A stretch of DNA of 50,277 bases, counting the filler, from Catajapyx aquilonaris (taxonomy: Eukaryota): the NCBI GenBank assembly GCA_000934665.2. It is 2 parts of 2 records of this genome, joined end to end, with 100 filler letters (N's around TTAATTAATTAA, not from the genome) between each part and the next. Parts side by side here need not be neighbours in the genome. Positions count along the whole stretch, not along the records: positions 1 to 25,060 come from JYFJ02005426.1; 1 more part is not named here. One strand, written 5' to 3'. A model generated the notes under the pieces. That model was given only the letters and a program-made list of their open reading frames with translations. It ran no database searches and was not told the DNA's origin. How positions within the stretch are numbered: position 1 is the first letter of the stretch; every line of letters begins with the position of its first letter. Position numbers and translations under genes: made by a program. Positions 1-12,343 of this stretch are shown in pieces.

Positions 1-83
1 TACAAACAAACAAACTTCCAAAAATATACCCGTACCTTTAACAGCATCCCAACATACCCGGGCAACGCCGGGTAACCTGCTAG
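1..83 (+). mobile_element. Helitron 3' terminus
   Basis: GC-rich hairpin CCCGGGCAACGCCGGG (57-72) followed 7 nt later by CTAG (80-83) and then T, the canonical Helitron 3' end. Confidence 0.7.
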
Positions 84-99
84 TATATATATATATACG

Positions 100-415
100 T
101 TACCCCGTGATAGGGCTTAGCCTTTTTAGGCGGGTGGGATACCACCATTTTCTCTCCGTTTAACTTCATACACCGGTGCAAGGAGTCTAGGATGTAGGGT
201 AGGGATTTTGGGGAGGGAACATTGGTGCAAGTGCAATGTCGGTAAAGGGGTCATGTGCTGTGCCCCAGGAGGTTAGGTTGCCAGACACCTCCTTGGTGCA
301 GGTTAGAGACCCTCCTGACGCAGGTGGAAGGAAAGTTCCCCAGGCGGGGATCGAACCTGGGGCCTTTCACTCAGCAAGCCGTGACGTTACCATCACGGCC
401 ACCACACCTCCCCCT
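100..415 (-). mobile_element. tRNA-derived SINE, family A copy 1
   Basis: Minus strand has A-box TGGCCGTGATGG and B-box GGTTCGATCCC. Colinear with the copy at 6424-6753. 3' end reads ...CCCTATCACGGGGTAA. Confidence 0.75.
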
Positions 416-1248
416 CGATCCTGTATATCGGCCATGTGCTGAAATTACATTAGAGACTGGGATATGGGGCATGCGTGAACATATGGGATATGACTGAAGT
501 ACCCACATGTGGCCATCTTACAGGCATTTGCGATTGTAATTGGTACGTGATCCTTTCTCTGCATTAAAGAAACAATTCAATATCAGGTAGGCTTAAACAT
601 TCAGGTATTTATATTAGAGAAAGAAGGCTTGGTGTCACACCACTGAAGGTCGAGTCTTAACCCTGGGTTAAACCGTATTAGTGTTAAAACCAATACCCCT
701 CCGTTTCTGGGGCTCGTACCCCCAGACACCAGACTAGGGGCCTTAACAGTTTTCTGCGAGGGTTTGGCCCAACTAATAATTAGGTGGATGTTTTGATTTG
801 AAATCACACATAATCATAAGTAGGCTTCAATGCTTCCAGATGAAAAGTGATCATTCATAATCACAAGTTATTGTAATCAGGTGTACATTTCAACGCTAGA
901 AGTGGCTAACCCCTTGATTTTCTGTTTATATCAAATATTGTCATAGTTGGGGCATAGTGGGCTTTTTTTTTATTTTCACGGGTTTGGATATGGTGTCTAA
1001 AGTGGCATACATTGCACTTACTAAAGTATGGTTGCAAATTGTGGGGGTGGTTGTGAAACTTGTGAAGATATTTTTTAACATCATTAGGTGTAGGCACTTA
1101 ACAGTGACTTGTACCCACTAATAATACAGTAAGTACAGCCCCCCCCCCAGACTTATATAAGTGGATCATTCTGCAACATTATAAGCAAGTTAAAGTTTAA
1201 GAACTTGGAACATTTAAAAAAATTATGGGTATATTTTACTGTACTGTG

Positions 1249-1863
1249 GAGGGTGGCCGAAATTAAACTGACAGTACTCAGAGCCATCTGTAGCTTGTTC
1301 TAACAACCGGAATGGCGCCAAATTTGGTAGGGGGACTAAGGAAGACATGGGAAAAAGGATCCCACAATAAAAAGCAGTAGTTCCATAGGGGGAAATGTGG
1401 TACTGTGCAATATAAAAAAGGGTTATAAAGGAATGGGAGGATTTTTAAAGGACATTCCGATACCCAGTGCCTCTCAACCTGTATATCACAGGCTGTGATG
1501 AACATTCCTTCTTACATGTTATAACGTTTGGCTGTAAAGAATGTTGGTCACAGGATGCAATTCCTGGTCCATATAAGAACTTTGGCCACATTGAAACTGG
1601 TCTACTTCTGCACAAGGGAAGTGAATGTGCTGAATAAAAGGCTATGTTTCAGTTCAGTTTTGTCTTTGTTTTTAATTTGTCTGTCCATTTAACATTGCAC
1701 AGCGCCACATTTCCCCCTATCGGGGACCTTTGAAACCGCTGTTTTTTTATAGTGGAATTCTTCTTCTCATGTCTTCTCCCCCTACCAAATTTGGCGCCAT
1801 TCCAGTTGTTTTAAAGCACTGCAAATGGCTCTGAGTACCGTCAGTTTAATTTTGGCCGCCGTG
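1249..1863. mobile_element. Non-autonomous TIR element (Tc1/mariner-like MITE)
   Basis: About 85-bp imperfect inverted repeats (GGCCGAAATTAAACTGACAGTACTCAGAGCCAT... versus ...ATGGCTCTGAGTACCGTCAGTTTAATTTTGGCC), right end followed by TA. Left boundary approximate. Confidence 0.7.
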
Positions 1864-1865
1864 TA

Positions 1866-2077
1866 CACCCACGAGCATAAAGATGGAGACGGCAGGCCCT
1901 TTTTTGACATTTTTTTTATCCGACTCAAATTAATGAACTCTTTTTGGACCGAGTTAGCTGCTTCAGGCGTGTGTTCGTGTATTTATGACAGTATATTTGA
2001 TACCGTAATAGCTGAGATTGGCAGAGCAGCCTGCCGAAGGTGAGGGCCTGCAGTCTCCATCTTTATGCTCGCGGGTG
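1866..2077. mobile_element. MITE with TA target-site duplication
   Basis: TIRs CACCCACGAGCATAAAGATGGAGAC / GTCTCCATCTTTATGCTCGCGGGTG, with TA on both sides. Confidence 0.8.
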
Positions 2078-2492
2078 TACATTGATACTGGAGTGAGTGT
2101 CATATTCCATGGAGGCTGTTGTGAATGCAGAAGGATTACCCACCAGGTACAGAAGCAGGGTGAAAATGCCTGTCCCATGTAATCTGAGTGAAGGAGTGAG
2201 TTTAGGTGGACTGATCTGAGTTGCCAAATGCCGCAATTTAACTTGTTTTCTTGCAGTAGCCAGCATTATGCATTACCAGTTTGTTACATCGATTTTTTCT
2301 GCACAGTGAAAAATTTTAACAAAATAGCACATCTATGTATGATGGAGCTACATAATTTGGGGACTGCCTGTAGTTGCTAATTTTACAGTCAACTCATTCT
2401 TGTGGCCATTTAAAAACTAGGTCATATTAAAATTTTAATCAATGGCCAAGGCTAGGTGCAGGAAGACATGTAACAAGTGAATGCAATTGCAG

Positions 2493-3786
2493 GTGAGGTT
2501 GACTCCACAAGAGCGCCTTAAGAGGAAGATGCAAACTGCTCTGAACAAGCAGTGTAAGTTAATTTATTATACGATGATCTGGGGATTTGCTAACATCTGA
2601 TTGATTGTAGTTAAAGCTGACAAAAGAGCTGAGAGACTCCGTATGGAAAAGCAGGAACAAGAAAGGCAAGACAGGGAGGAGGAACTGAGAGAGATGGCCA
2701 TCAAACTGAGAAGAAGGTAATGAATAATTTTTTCATGCTATTTGGTTACTATTGGAATTGTAAGGGGGTACAGTAGAACCTCGATTATCCGTCACCCACA
2801 GGACTGGGGCATCGTCGGATAACCAAAAAGGTCAGATTATCCGAGAAGTAAAAAAAACTTCAATAAAACACAACAAAAAACATGAAATAAAGTACAGTGC
2901 TGGCCATATATCGAGGCAACCGCCAGTGACATTTTTCCGAAGCGGCAGAAGAAGGAATCTTGCTCGCCCGGCTTGTAGCATGCTTATCATCGATTCCTTC
3001 TTCTGCCGCTTCGGAAAAATGTTGCTGGCGGTTGCCTCGATATATGGCCAGCACTGTACAATATTATAGTTTTCTAAGAAATAGTGAAGTATTTTTCTTT
3101 TACACACACTACTGTACTGTATTTACAATTTAACTAAGGCAAAACAAACAAATGCGTATAACATTACAGTATTTCATGAGAAAACATATTTATTGCCGGT
3201 GCAGGGCGGCCGATAAACCAAGGAGTCGGATAATCAGGGTTCTACTGTATTTGGTTTCTGAGAGAAGCTAAGGCAACTGAGCCCATGATGCATTGCAAAC
3301 TTAAAAATCTCTTCTCAAACCATACTTCTGCCTTTCCTTTTCCACAGGGAGCGTGAGCGTCGCCATCGAATGCAAGAGCAAGATGGGGGTGACCAGTCAG
3401 ACGATGACTTGAGTCACTCCCCAAGTCTCCATTCCCCACGTTCCCGTTCACCCCCTCACTCCACAACAAGCTCTTCTTCCTCTCCATTTACTCACTCTTC
3501 CCACTCACCTTCCCCTCCTCCACTCTCCCAACACCGTGCCAGGACTCGCTCGAGATCAAGGTCACCTGGCAGGAGGCAAAGAGGTCACCAACGCTCACAA
3601 GGCAAAAGTGATGAAGGCAGATATCAAAGGTACCAGCAGCGTGAAGGGGAGGAAGGATTTTTGTCTAGAAGGTTCGAAAGAAGAGGTGATGAAGGAAAGA
3701 GTGGGGATGTAGGGAGGTACAGAGGAGGAGGAAGGAGGTCAAGGTCACCACAGAAAAGGGGAATCAGGCCATTAGTTGATTACTGA
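2493..3786 (+). CDS. CLASRP: CLK4-associating serine/arginine-rich protein, last three coding exons (2493-2553, 2611-2716, 3348-3786)
   Basis: GT-AG splicing gives VRLTPQERLKRKMQTALNKQFKADKRAERLRMEKQEQERQDREEELREMAIKLRRRERERR followed by an RS-rich tail. This matches the CLASRP C-terminal motif (LTPQEKLKLRMQKALNRQFKADK). Earlier exons were not seen in the window. Confidence 0.9.
2771..3247. mobile_element. pogo/Tigger-like MITE in a CLASRP intron
   Basis: TA|CAGTAGAACCTCGATTATCCG ... CGGATAATCAGGGTTCTACTG|TA; hosts the nested palindromic MITE at 2895-3056. Confidence 0.8.
2895..3056. mobile_element. Palindromic ~160-bp MITE, copy 1 of 3
   Basis: Near-perfect hairpin CAGTGCTGGCCATATATCGAGGCAACC...GGTTGCCTCGATATATGGCCAGCACTG with TA TSD. 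Related copies at 30603-30763 and 43388-43552. Confidence 0.85.
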
Positions 3787-4418
3787 GAGGATCCTTCCGT
3801 AAAAAATATTCATATCATGTTATGTCAGTAAGCGTAATTGTTTGATTATCACGGATGCGAAATTTTGTATTGCGAGGAATTTTAGTTATTTTGTAGGTAT
3901 TTTTTCATTTGCTGCAGAAGACTGTTGATTTAAGCAGCTCTCAGTTTTGATGAGGTATATTATGTTGAATGAAAAATTGAATGATCTTGTGCAAAAAGGT
4001 GGCTGACATTCTTGTCAGATACAAGCTAGTAATAGAAGCTGATGGAGGAAAAGGGAGCATAATTGATTACGAGAATATGCTTAGCCACATTAAGCAATTC
4101 TAGAACTCGTGTGTATATTCAGTGATTTAGGGCTGTACACCCAATATATTGTATAACTTATCTATTTATATATTCAGAATGTTTTACTGCTGAAATTGAT
4201 GATCTGAAAAGGGGCTGGGTTAGGGAAGAGTTGATGAAGTAGTTACTCCTGTGCCACATTTGAAGTCCAGTAGATGCGACAGAAAATTATGGTCTACCCT
4301 TGCCTTCTGCATGCCTCTGACTTTACATTGCCAAGGGTGACTAATCTATGAACTCTTCTTGTCCCCCCCCTCTTTGCATGGTCAACTTGGACAAAATAAT
4401 ACTTGGTGCACATGTATG

Positions 4419-5114
4419 CAGGGTCACCAAAAAAGAATGTCCCAATTTGAAAACCCTATAATTCAGAAACTTGTAGACATATCTGAATGATTTCCGTTTT
4501 GAAATGCTAAGAAGGTCTAAAGTTTGGGTCTCACCTTAGTTTGTTTCGATACGAGCTTCATGTGTCTCTCGGGAGATTAAAAAAGGCAGTAAGCAGTGTT
4601 GTGCCAAGCCCTATCAATCATATCTGGTGTTACCGTTGCAATCCTATCCTGTAGGTGCTGGATATCTTGGGTCTTTTCACCATGCACATTGTTCTTGATG
4701 ATTCACATAAAAAGTAGCCTCATACATGAAACATACCTGTCGTAAGAAAGTTTCATTTGTTCAGCCTCCCAGTGTGCGAAGTCTTCAATGAGAAATTTCG
4801 CCATGCCTAGCCCCTCCAGAAGCCTGGATCTTACCCCAATGGACTTTTTTGTGGTGAAAAGATCCGGCATCACCTGCACCTATGGGATAAGATTGCAATG
4901 GTAACGCCAGACATGCCTGAGCGGGTTTGGCACAACACCAATTACCATATTGAAATTTTTCGAGTGACAAATGGAGCTCATATTGATACAAATTATGGTA
5001 AGGCCAAACCTTGAGACACTTCTGAGCATTTCAAAATGTAAATCATTAAGATATGTCTACAAGTTTTTGAGTGATATAGTTTTCAAATTGGGACATTCTT
5101 TTTCGATGACCCTG
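4419..5114 (+). mobile_element. Internally deleted Tc1/mariner element with long TIRs
   Basis: Long inverted arms CAGGGTCACCAAAAAAGAATGTCCCAATTTG / CAAATTGGGACATTCTTTTTTCGATGACCCTG|TA. A central remnant at about 4805-4855 resembles the [16 protein letters not shown] transposase motif. Confidence 0.75.
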
Positions 5115-5571
5115 TATTTAAATATGTTGTTTATTCTTTGTTCCATGCCTCACTCTCATACTAACCATGAACACAATGAGGGTTTTTCAAGTCCTCCTGC
5201 TAAGTCTGTGCAAATCAGGAGCATCCCATAAGCTTTCTGTAGAGTTATCATAGTTGCTAGTTGACAGCAGTACTACTAATTAGCAATAGAATAAAAAACC
5301 AACTCACTGATACCAACAGCAGGGGACAAGTGTCCTTAATCACTGCTGTGAGAGTAATAAAGGAAGTGACAGAATTTGTCAAGTCACATGGTGGTAAATA
5401 TTTTGATTAGCATTTGAAGTGAGAAAAATATAATCCACAAAATCATGGCGTATGATGCATTTTTCATGTGGTAATATAAACTTTGTGTATTTGTTGCAAA
5501 AGTGGTGTGGCCAGAACAGACATCTGTTATAGCAGACTTTTTTCCACGATTCCTTTAAGTCTTGTATATCC

Positions 5572-5803
5572 GTGCAGAGTTGGGCCATCTCTGGCTTCGT
5601 CTCGGGTGGAAATTTCCGCTAGACTAATCCACCCGGGGGAGTTCACAAAATGACCAATATACGACATTGCACTTTCACTTTGCACATCCCCTCCTACTTA
5701 CCTTGGAACAATTAAACACATCCAGTGTATGGTTCCAAACAAATGGTGGTATCCCACTCCCCTAAAAAGGGCCCAGGGCCCGATAATGGGGTACAGTAAA
5801 AAA

Positions 5804-5843
<40 letters not shown>
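5572..5843 (+). mobile_element. 5'-truncated SINE (family B) with (AAT)n tail
   Basis: 15-bp TSD AAGTCTTGTATATCC at 5557-5571 and 5844-5858. The body matches 30165-30295 and ends in an (AAT)n tail. Confidence 0.85.
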
Positions 5844-5845
<2 letters not shown>

Positions 5846-6423
5846 GTCTTGTATATCCAGAGTCAACTGCAGGGATAAAGCTGTCAAAAATATTTTTGTA
5901 GTGTTTCGGCTAATTTGCACCTACGAGTTCTAGCCGAATCAGAAAAGTTGTAGCCAAAACCTAAACGGACCTGATGATCTGGCTTATGCACCACTTTTGT
6001 CTCAGGGTGCAGCCATCTTTGGAGATACTATCAAATTTCCCTACTTGCCACTAGAGAAATACAGGATTTTGCGATGATATTTTATAAAATCGACTTAGAC
6101 TTGACATTTAAAGCTTGTGGCAGGCTTGTGGTGCATTTTCTGCCACTGACCACATATTTGGAATCCAGAGTCTTTCTTGATCTCGGGAGCCCAATAACAT
6201 GCATAATAGCGGAACCCTCCCTTTCATCATTATTTTTTATTTGGGGCTTTTTTCAGCGAATTTCCCTGGAGTTTTTCCAGCTGAATCTGGGTTATTGTTG
6301 CCTTTCGGCGAAAAGGCAAGTGGCAGCTTAATCCCTGCAACTGTATGTAGCCACGACACATTTTTAGTTCCTTTGTCCTGTGGATTTTTATAAAAGTAAA
6401 TTATTATTTTTTTTTTTTAAATG

Positions 6424-6753
6424 TTACCCCATGATAGGGCCATAGGCCCTTTTAGAGGGGTGGAATACCACCATCCTTCAATTTTTCTGTAATTTTTCTT
6501 CTGACTCTGGTGCAAGGATGAAAGGATATGGGGTAAGGATGGGGATTTCTGAGGAGGAGACACAGGTGCAAGTGCAATGTCTGGAAAGGGGTCATGTGCA
6601 GTCCCCCAGGAGGCTAGGTTGCCAAGACGCCTCCTAGGCGCGGGTCAGAGACCCACTGACGCAGGCGGAAGGGAACTCCCGGGCGGGGATCAAACCCGGT
6701 ACCTTCCGCACAGCAAGCCGAGACGTTACCATCTCGGTCACCACTCCTCCCCC
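6424..6753 (-). mobile_element. tRNA-derived SINE, family A copy 2
   Basis: Colinear with 100-415; A/B-box-like head at about 6685-6745 on the minus strand; A-rich tail. Confidence 0.75.
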
Positions 6754-7163
6754 AAATTAATTCATCAATGTAATGAATCTGGGATGAGGCATTCTTGCAC
6801 TGGGAATTATGTATATTCTCTTATAATATGGCCTGTTAGAACAATAACCCTCTGGTTCTGGTTATGCTCACATATTTGCACAATACATTTTAAATGCTAT
6901 AGTGAGTGAAGTTCCAAGTATTTGTGGGGTATGAAAGGCAAGGGGTTGGTTGGTTGGTGAACAACTCAGTTGGGATGTCTATGAGCATTACATTTGTTCA
7001 TGATATTGTAGCTACAGCTACAAGGACTGTGAAGAAGGTTCTAAGAAATGTGTTGTGATCTTCATGAGAAGTCCACGTGAGCATTTCAGAATTACTGAAC
7101 AAAAATGTCTGAACAGTTTACTTCATCTATATGAACATGAGCCCAAGTTGCCCTCCTTATTAA

Positions 7164-7636
7164 CCCTGGAACCGTGACGTGGGGTCTTTTAGGACCCCAA
7201 AGGAATTAAAATGCATTGCAATGAGTGACCTTGAAATGATAATGACCTGAAACTTGGTGTATTCCTTTAAAAAACTCCATTTCATGGATCAAATCCAGTT
7301 TCATCATTTTCACACCTACGAAAATGTAGATAAGTCGTCATTTTTGGACCCATGCTCTCGTAATTGTAATTATCTAAGTGCTAATATGCTGTAAAAGAAG
7401 CACCTATATTACTTTATTATTGTGAACTGTTGCTATTTAAAAAAAGTATATAACAGGAAGTGCATGTTTATTTTGAATTAGTGATCATTTTAGGCATTGT
7501 TCAAAGAATGATTGCATATCGATAATACATTGAAAAGTATTATATAAAAATTTTAAAAAATTAAAATATGCCATGGGGTCCTGAAGGACCCCATGTCACA
7601 TTTAATGGCACTTTCAGGCACGTCCCGATTCCAGGG
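7164..7636. mobile_element. piggyBac-like MITE
   Basis: TTAA|CCCTGGAA ... TTCCAGGG|TTAA, with subterminal palindromes GGGGTC..GACCCC near both ends. Confidence 0.8.
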
Positions 7637-10605
7637 TTAACTTTTTGAATAAGCTTAAGTCATTATTTTGAGGTATCTGTAACGTGCATCATTAAGGGAG
7701 ATTTTGAACTTGAATGCCATAGCTGGATTACAATGCTTAAAATTGAAAGGTGAAATGTAAGAGTGAATGATTTGTGAAGGTGTTGTGGAAGGCTCAGTTT
7801 CAGCTTTAATTTCTATAAGTGCCACCAATACATTCTCATATATTTACCACTGTGTTACGGCAAAATTAATACCAATGGGGTGAAAGTTTTGGTGTCTGAG
7901 GGTTGCTTTTTTGTCATATAAAGGGGGTCAGTAACTGGAGGATATTCTGAGATAAAAATTTTTATTGATGCTGTAAAATTTTACATAAATACCATATTAA
8001 ACATCTGTATGTAACGAAAATCAGTAACTACAATCAGGATCATTAGACATCTACATCATTTTTGCCTGCAAGGCTTCAGTGCTCTGAGCAGTGTCTATTA
8101 AGTTTTGGCAGCCCACCCGGCAACTCCTAAACTCCCTCTCTTTTTGCTTGCGCTTAGCAAGTCCCCTAACCCCGGATGTGGAGCCCTGTACCAAATCACA
8201 TTCAGGCTGACGACTTCTGAACTGTTCTTAACCTACTTAGTTGTGAGTTCTCATACAGCCCTAGTTTACGGATCCACAGCACCAGCCACCCAAATCACAT
8301 TCGGGTTGCTGGTGCTGTGGATCTGCAAACTGGAACTGAATGGGATTTGACACTTTAGGTAAGTCCAGTACGGTTCGGAATGCGATTTGGTATAGGGCTC
8401 CACATGTGTGCATGAGGGACTCCACCTCCAGGGATATGGGACTTGCTCAGCACCCAGCCTTCCCCATAAGGCTAGATAGGAGTTGGGGGNGGGGGGGGGG
8501 CGAGTTTTGGTTTTGTTAGCATTGGCAGTGTATGAAATATACTGCAGGGCGTCCCACTTTGCAAGCAGTGATGTGGGATGTTTTGTAGAGGATATTCCTA
8601 TGTATACAGTATAAGCAATGTGTGTGGGGTAACATAATCAAGACTTAATTGCTTTTACACACTATAACTATGCCTTGAAGCCTAAAATGATGCAGTCGTA
8701 GAACAGGCACATGGATCACCTTACCTGAGGAAACTCCAGGTATTACTGACCATCTTGTATACTTGCCCAAACACAAATAATTTGGCCACTTTGAATTTTG
8801 GCAGTTCGATATTCATTTGAAGAGTGGAACATCCGCTCCTCAAATGTCATCTAAGGTGCCAATCGATTCCTGCTGGAAAGTGTCAATCGTACGTCAAAAA
8901 CGTGTTTAAAGTTAAAGGTAGGGTAACAGCAATAATCCGATTCAAAAAAATACGTCTGCTCCCGACACGCCAATTTTTTGAATTTCGGGACACGGTTTGC
9001 CACGTTCGACGTAGGAAAAGACGCTTGATTTTTTTCCATTTTGTTTTTTTTTAAACGTTTTTTTGAAGGTCGATGACTGTAGTGCCCCCTTAATACAGTA
9101 CTTGTGAATGCAGTGCCACTTTTAGTGTCCGTCTGGTCCAGGATGGACCCTTTCCAGTAGGAACCTTCCTGGCACCCTAAGTACCCGTTTAGGAGCGTGG
9201 AACATGTCTCTTCAAATAAGACAGCCAGAAATTCAAGATGACCGAATTATTCTGTGTTAGGACCAGTAGTGCCCCTAGTATGTTGTCATCCCATAGCTAT
9301 CTAGTGATCATAGTTTGACTAAGCATTGTACTATGACTGGATGGCCAATTTACTTACAACTGTGTGTTGTCAGTTGCACATAATTAGGCCGTTGTATGAT
9401 TCCACATTACCACATCATTGAGATGAAAAGATTGTTTCCCCAAATGTATCATGTTATTCCAATTGTAGTACCGAATTTGAAATACCGAAGTAAAAAAGAA
9501 ATAAAGAGTGAGATTCTGGATCTTGGTCAAGCTTACATCCTGTAACAGTGTAACCTGTTGTCAGCATACAAGAGAAATTCGCTGTCCAATTTTGTCAGTT
9601 TGAGCTCTCCATACCAAGAAGTACCGTAGCATTTTCTGTGATACATCTGCTGGTGAAGTCAATTTAATTCATAGCCAGCCAGCAACCCAGGATTTTATGT
9701 TGTCACTACCAGGTAAACAAGTGCAAGTCAAATCTTTGCTTGGAATCATCTTGAAACCAGTTGTTGTTGCTGTTATTGTTATTATTTTATTTTATTTTGG
9801 TTGGGGGGAGGGGGGGATTGTGAATTTTCCTTGTATGTCCACAATATATTGACAGTTAGCCTTTCAGATAACAGTCACTCTGGCTGATTGACATTTTCCA
9901 AAACTGCAGCCTCATTTTGCAAAATGCATGGAGCTAATAAGCTTTATTATCGCTTGGAATTGCCACTTCTTGGTAAAAGTAGAACTGTTCCATTACTCAG
10001 CTAACAGGGGAAGTGTCAGAGATGACACTCGTAAAGCACACATTTTATTACATCATTGGAAAGAGCTTATTATTCTGATTACAATGGGTCTTACAAGAAC
10101 TGCTACATCGCAGCCGTTTTAAGAGAAAATCGCTTTCATTGGTGTGGGGCAAGTATGTAAAGAAAATGCCCCTAGACAATAAAAGAATGATCTTGTGGAA
10201 CTCGATGAAGACAGATCCAAGTAGAGTCATCCGCACGTGCCTAACACACACATCCTAGGTGTGGAGGAGCTAGTACCTGACAGGTGGCCGCAATGCGAGG
10301 AATGTTTGGCATCTGCAAAGAAAATGCAAGGAACATTTTAATGTGCAGGTAGATGGAGCCAAAGAGATGAATCACTGCAGGGTTTAATGTTTGATAACAG
10401 ATTTAAGTTAGTTTGCTGGGACTTTTTATGCACAATTTCCTTGGCCATAGTAACACACACTATTACAAAATATATCCCTTCCCAGTTGTAATTAAAAATG
10501 GTTTACACTGGGCATAATGGTAGGTTCATTATTACAATGAAGATAGGACTATCTAACCATAAGAATTAACATTTATAGTATAATAATAATTATATTAATA
10601 ATAAT

Positions 10606-10865
10606 TCATACCCCGTTATCAGCCTTTTCCGGCTCTTTAGGGGGGAAGTTTGCTTTGCCTAGAACTCTTTGCTTTTCGTTTTACTGTGCTCTTTGGGATA
10701 GGATAGGGACGGAAGGAAGCGGCTGTGGCCTATTAATTACGGAAGCAACTCCGGAAGTTTCCTGGAAAGACCCTGGGAAACCACAGAAAACCACAGTCAG
10801 AGTTGCCAGCCCCGGGATTTGATCCCAGGACCTCCCAATTAGCAGTCGGACACCATATCCCCTCC
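10606..10865 (-). mobile_element. tRNA-derived SINE, family C copy 1
   Basis: Homologous to 43695-43870; B-box-like GGATCAAATCCC on the minus strand; 3' end GATAACGGGGTATGAA followed by an AT-rich tail. Confidence 0.7.
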
Positions 10866-11072
10866 TCCAAACTGCTTTGGTACATTTATAGTATAGTGAA
10901 TATCATAAGGTGATACTCTGAGCTGCAAATACATAAATGCAGAACAGTAACGCCCCTAGCACATACAAAGCATAACAGCACACACCTTGCAGTGGGGCAA
11001 CATAGGATCCATTGCAACATGGCAGGGTAGGTGAGCCAGGGGGTTTGGCACCTATACATACCTTCATTAATA

Positions 11073-11240
11073 CTAATGAGGGTGGTGACGATGTGGATGC
11101 GCCAATACTGGCCCCTGCTGGCAGTGTGTACCAGGCTGTGTGAGGGTGTGCTGGGGAGTGCAGTTGGCAGCATCATCTTGGCTGCACAGCTTTGTAGGCT
11201 TGAAGATATTGTATGGAGACACGCAGTGAGGGAGTGTCAC
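11073..11240 (-). pseudogene. Orphaned exon encoding the second half of the A1CF/RBM46-type dsRBD
   Basis: After a CAG acceptor it reads VTLPHCVSPYNIFKPTKLCSQDDAANCTPQHTLTQ, resembling A1CF ITIPAL...FTPPKLSAFVDEAKTYAAEYTLQTL. It lies downstream of the stop at 12344. Confidence 0.55.
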
Positions 11241-11488
11241 CTGGAAGCATCCCGTTATTTGAATTCATGATCATTATTTATTGTTTTGGCCATTATATCA
11301 TGATTGTGATAGTCAAGGAATAGTGTTGTCCACTGAAAGCAGCAGATTGCAAGGTTGAAAGGCATGTAATGGTGATGCATGCCAAAATGTCAACAAAGTT
11401 CTGAGACTATTATACTGCTAGGCCATTTTCCATTTACCACCATCTGTGAACAACTTGCTCAACAAGCATAATGTTAATTATGAGCTTA

Positions 11489-12333
11489 CAAGGGACAGTT
11501 CCCAGGTGATAATGACGGATCTTGATGAAACTTAACATGCTAGTACAGAACAATATATGATAAGCAAAAATGAAATATTTCGGGCTGAGGCCAATATTTG
11601 CAAAAGTTATGACGTCTTAAAGTGCCAAAAATAATACATTTTCATACACAATGGGATTACATTAGCGACCACATAATTATAATGACATTGAAGTGTGTAA
11701 ACAGTTTTTAGATTTTTTCTCATCGGAAAATTAGTACTATAGAACGGCTCTGTCCGTCCGTCCGTCCGTCCGTGGACAGGTATCAAGGCCTAAACAGTAA
11801 GAGATAGCGACAAAAGGTTTTCATATTCAGATTAAGCCTGACCAAAATAGGTTTCATGGTCAACTTCCAGTGACCCGCCACTTCCGGTATTCTGGGTTCA
11901 CTCTATCTGCACAAGTCTACTTTAAGGGCGGTTTAGAAAACCAGAAATGGTAGGTCACCGGAAGTTGACTATGAACCCTATTTTGGTCAGGCTTAATCCG
12001 AATATGAACAGTTCCGTTCGCTATCTCTTACTGTTTGGCCTTGATACCTGTCCACAGACGGGCGGGCAGACGGACAGAGCCATTCTATAATACATTTTTC
12101 TGATGAGAAAAAATCTAAAAACTGTTTACACCCTTCAGTGTCATTACATGTGGTCACTAATGTAATCCCATTGTGTACGAAAATGTATTATTTTTGGCAC
12201 TTTAAGACGTCATAACTTTTGCAAATATGGACCTCAGCCCGAAATATTTCATTTTTGGTTATCATATATTGTCCTGTATTAGCATGTTAAGTTTCATCGA
12301 GATCTGTCATTATCACCCGGGAACTGTCCCTTG
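11489..12333. mobile_element. 845-bp foldback element with TTA TSD
   Basis: About 400-bp inverted arms: TTA|CAAGGGACAGTTCCC ... GGGAACTGTCCCTTG|TTA, with an internal (GTCC)n tract. Confidence 0.9.
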
Positions 12334-12343
12334 TTAGTTTCAT

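Noticed and set aside
330..410. tRNA genes at SINE heads (also about 6690, 30085, 35960, 43810)
   Set aside because: The cloverleafs are incomplete and each continues into a repeated SINE body.
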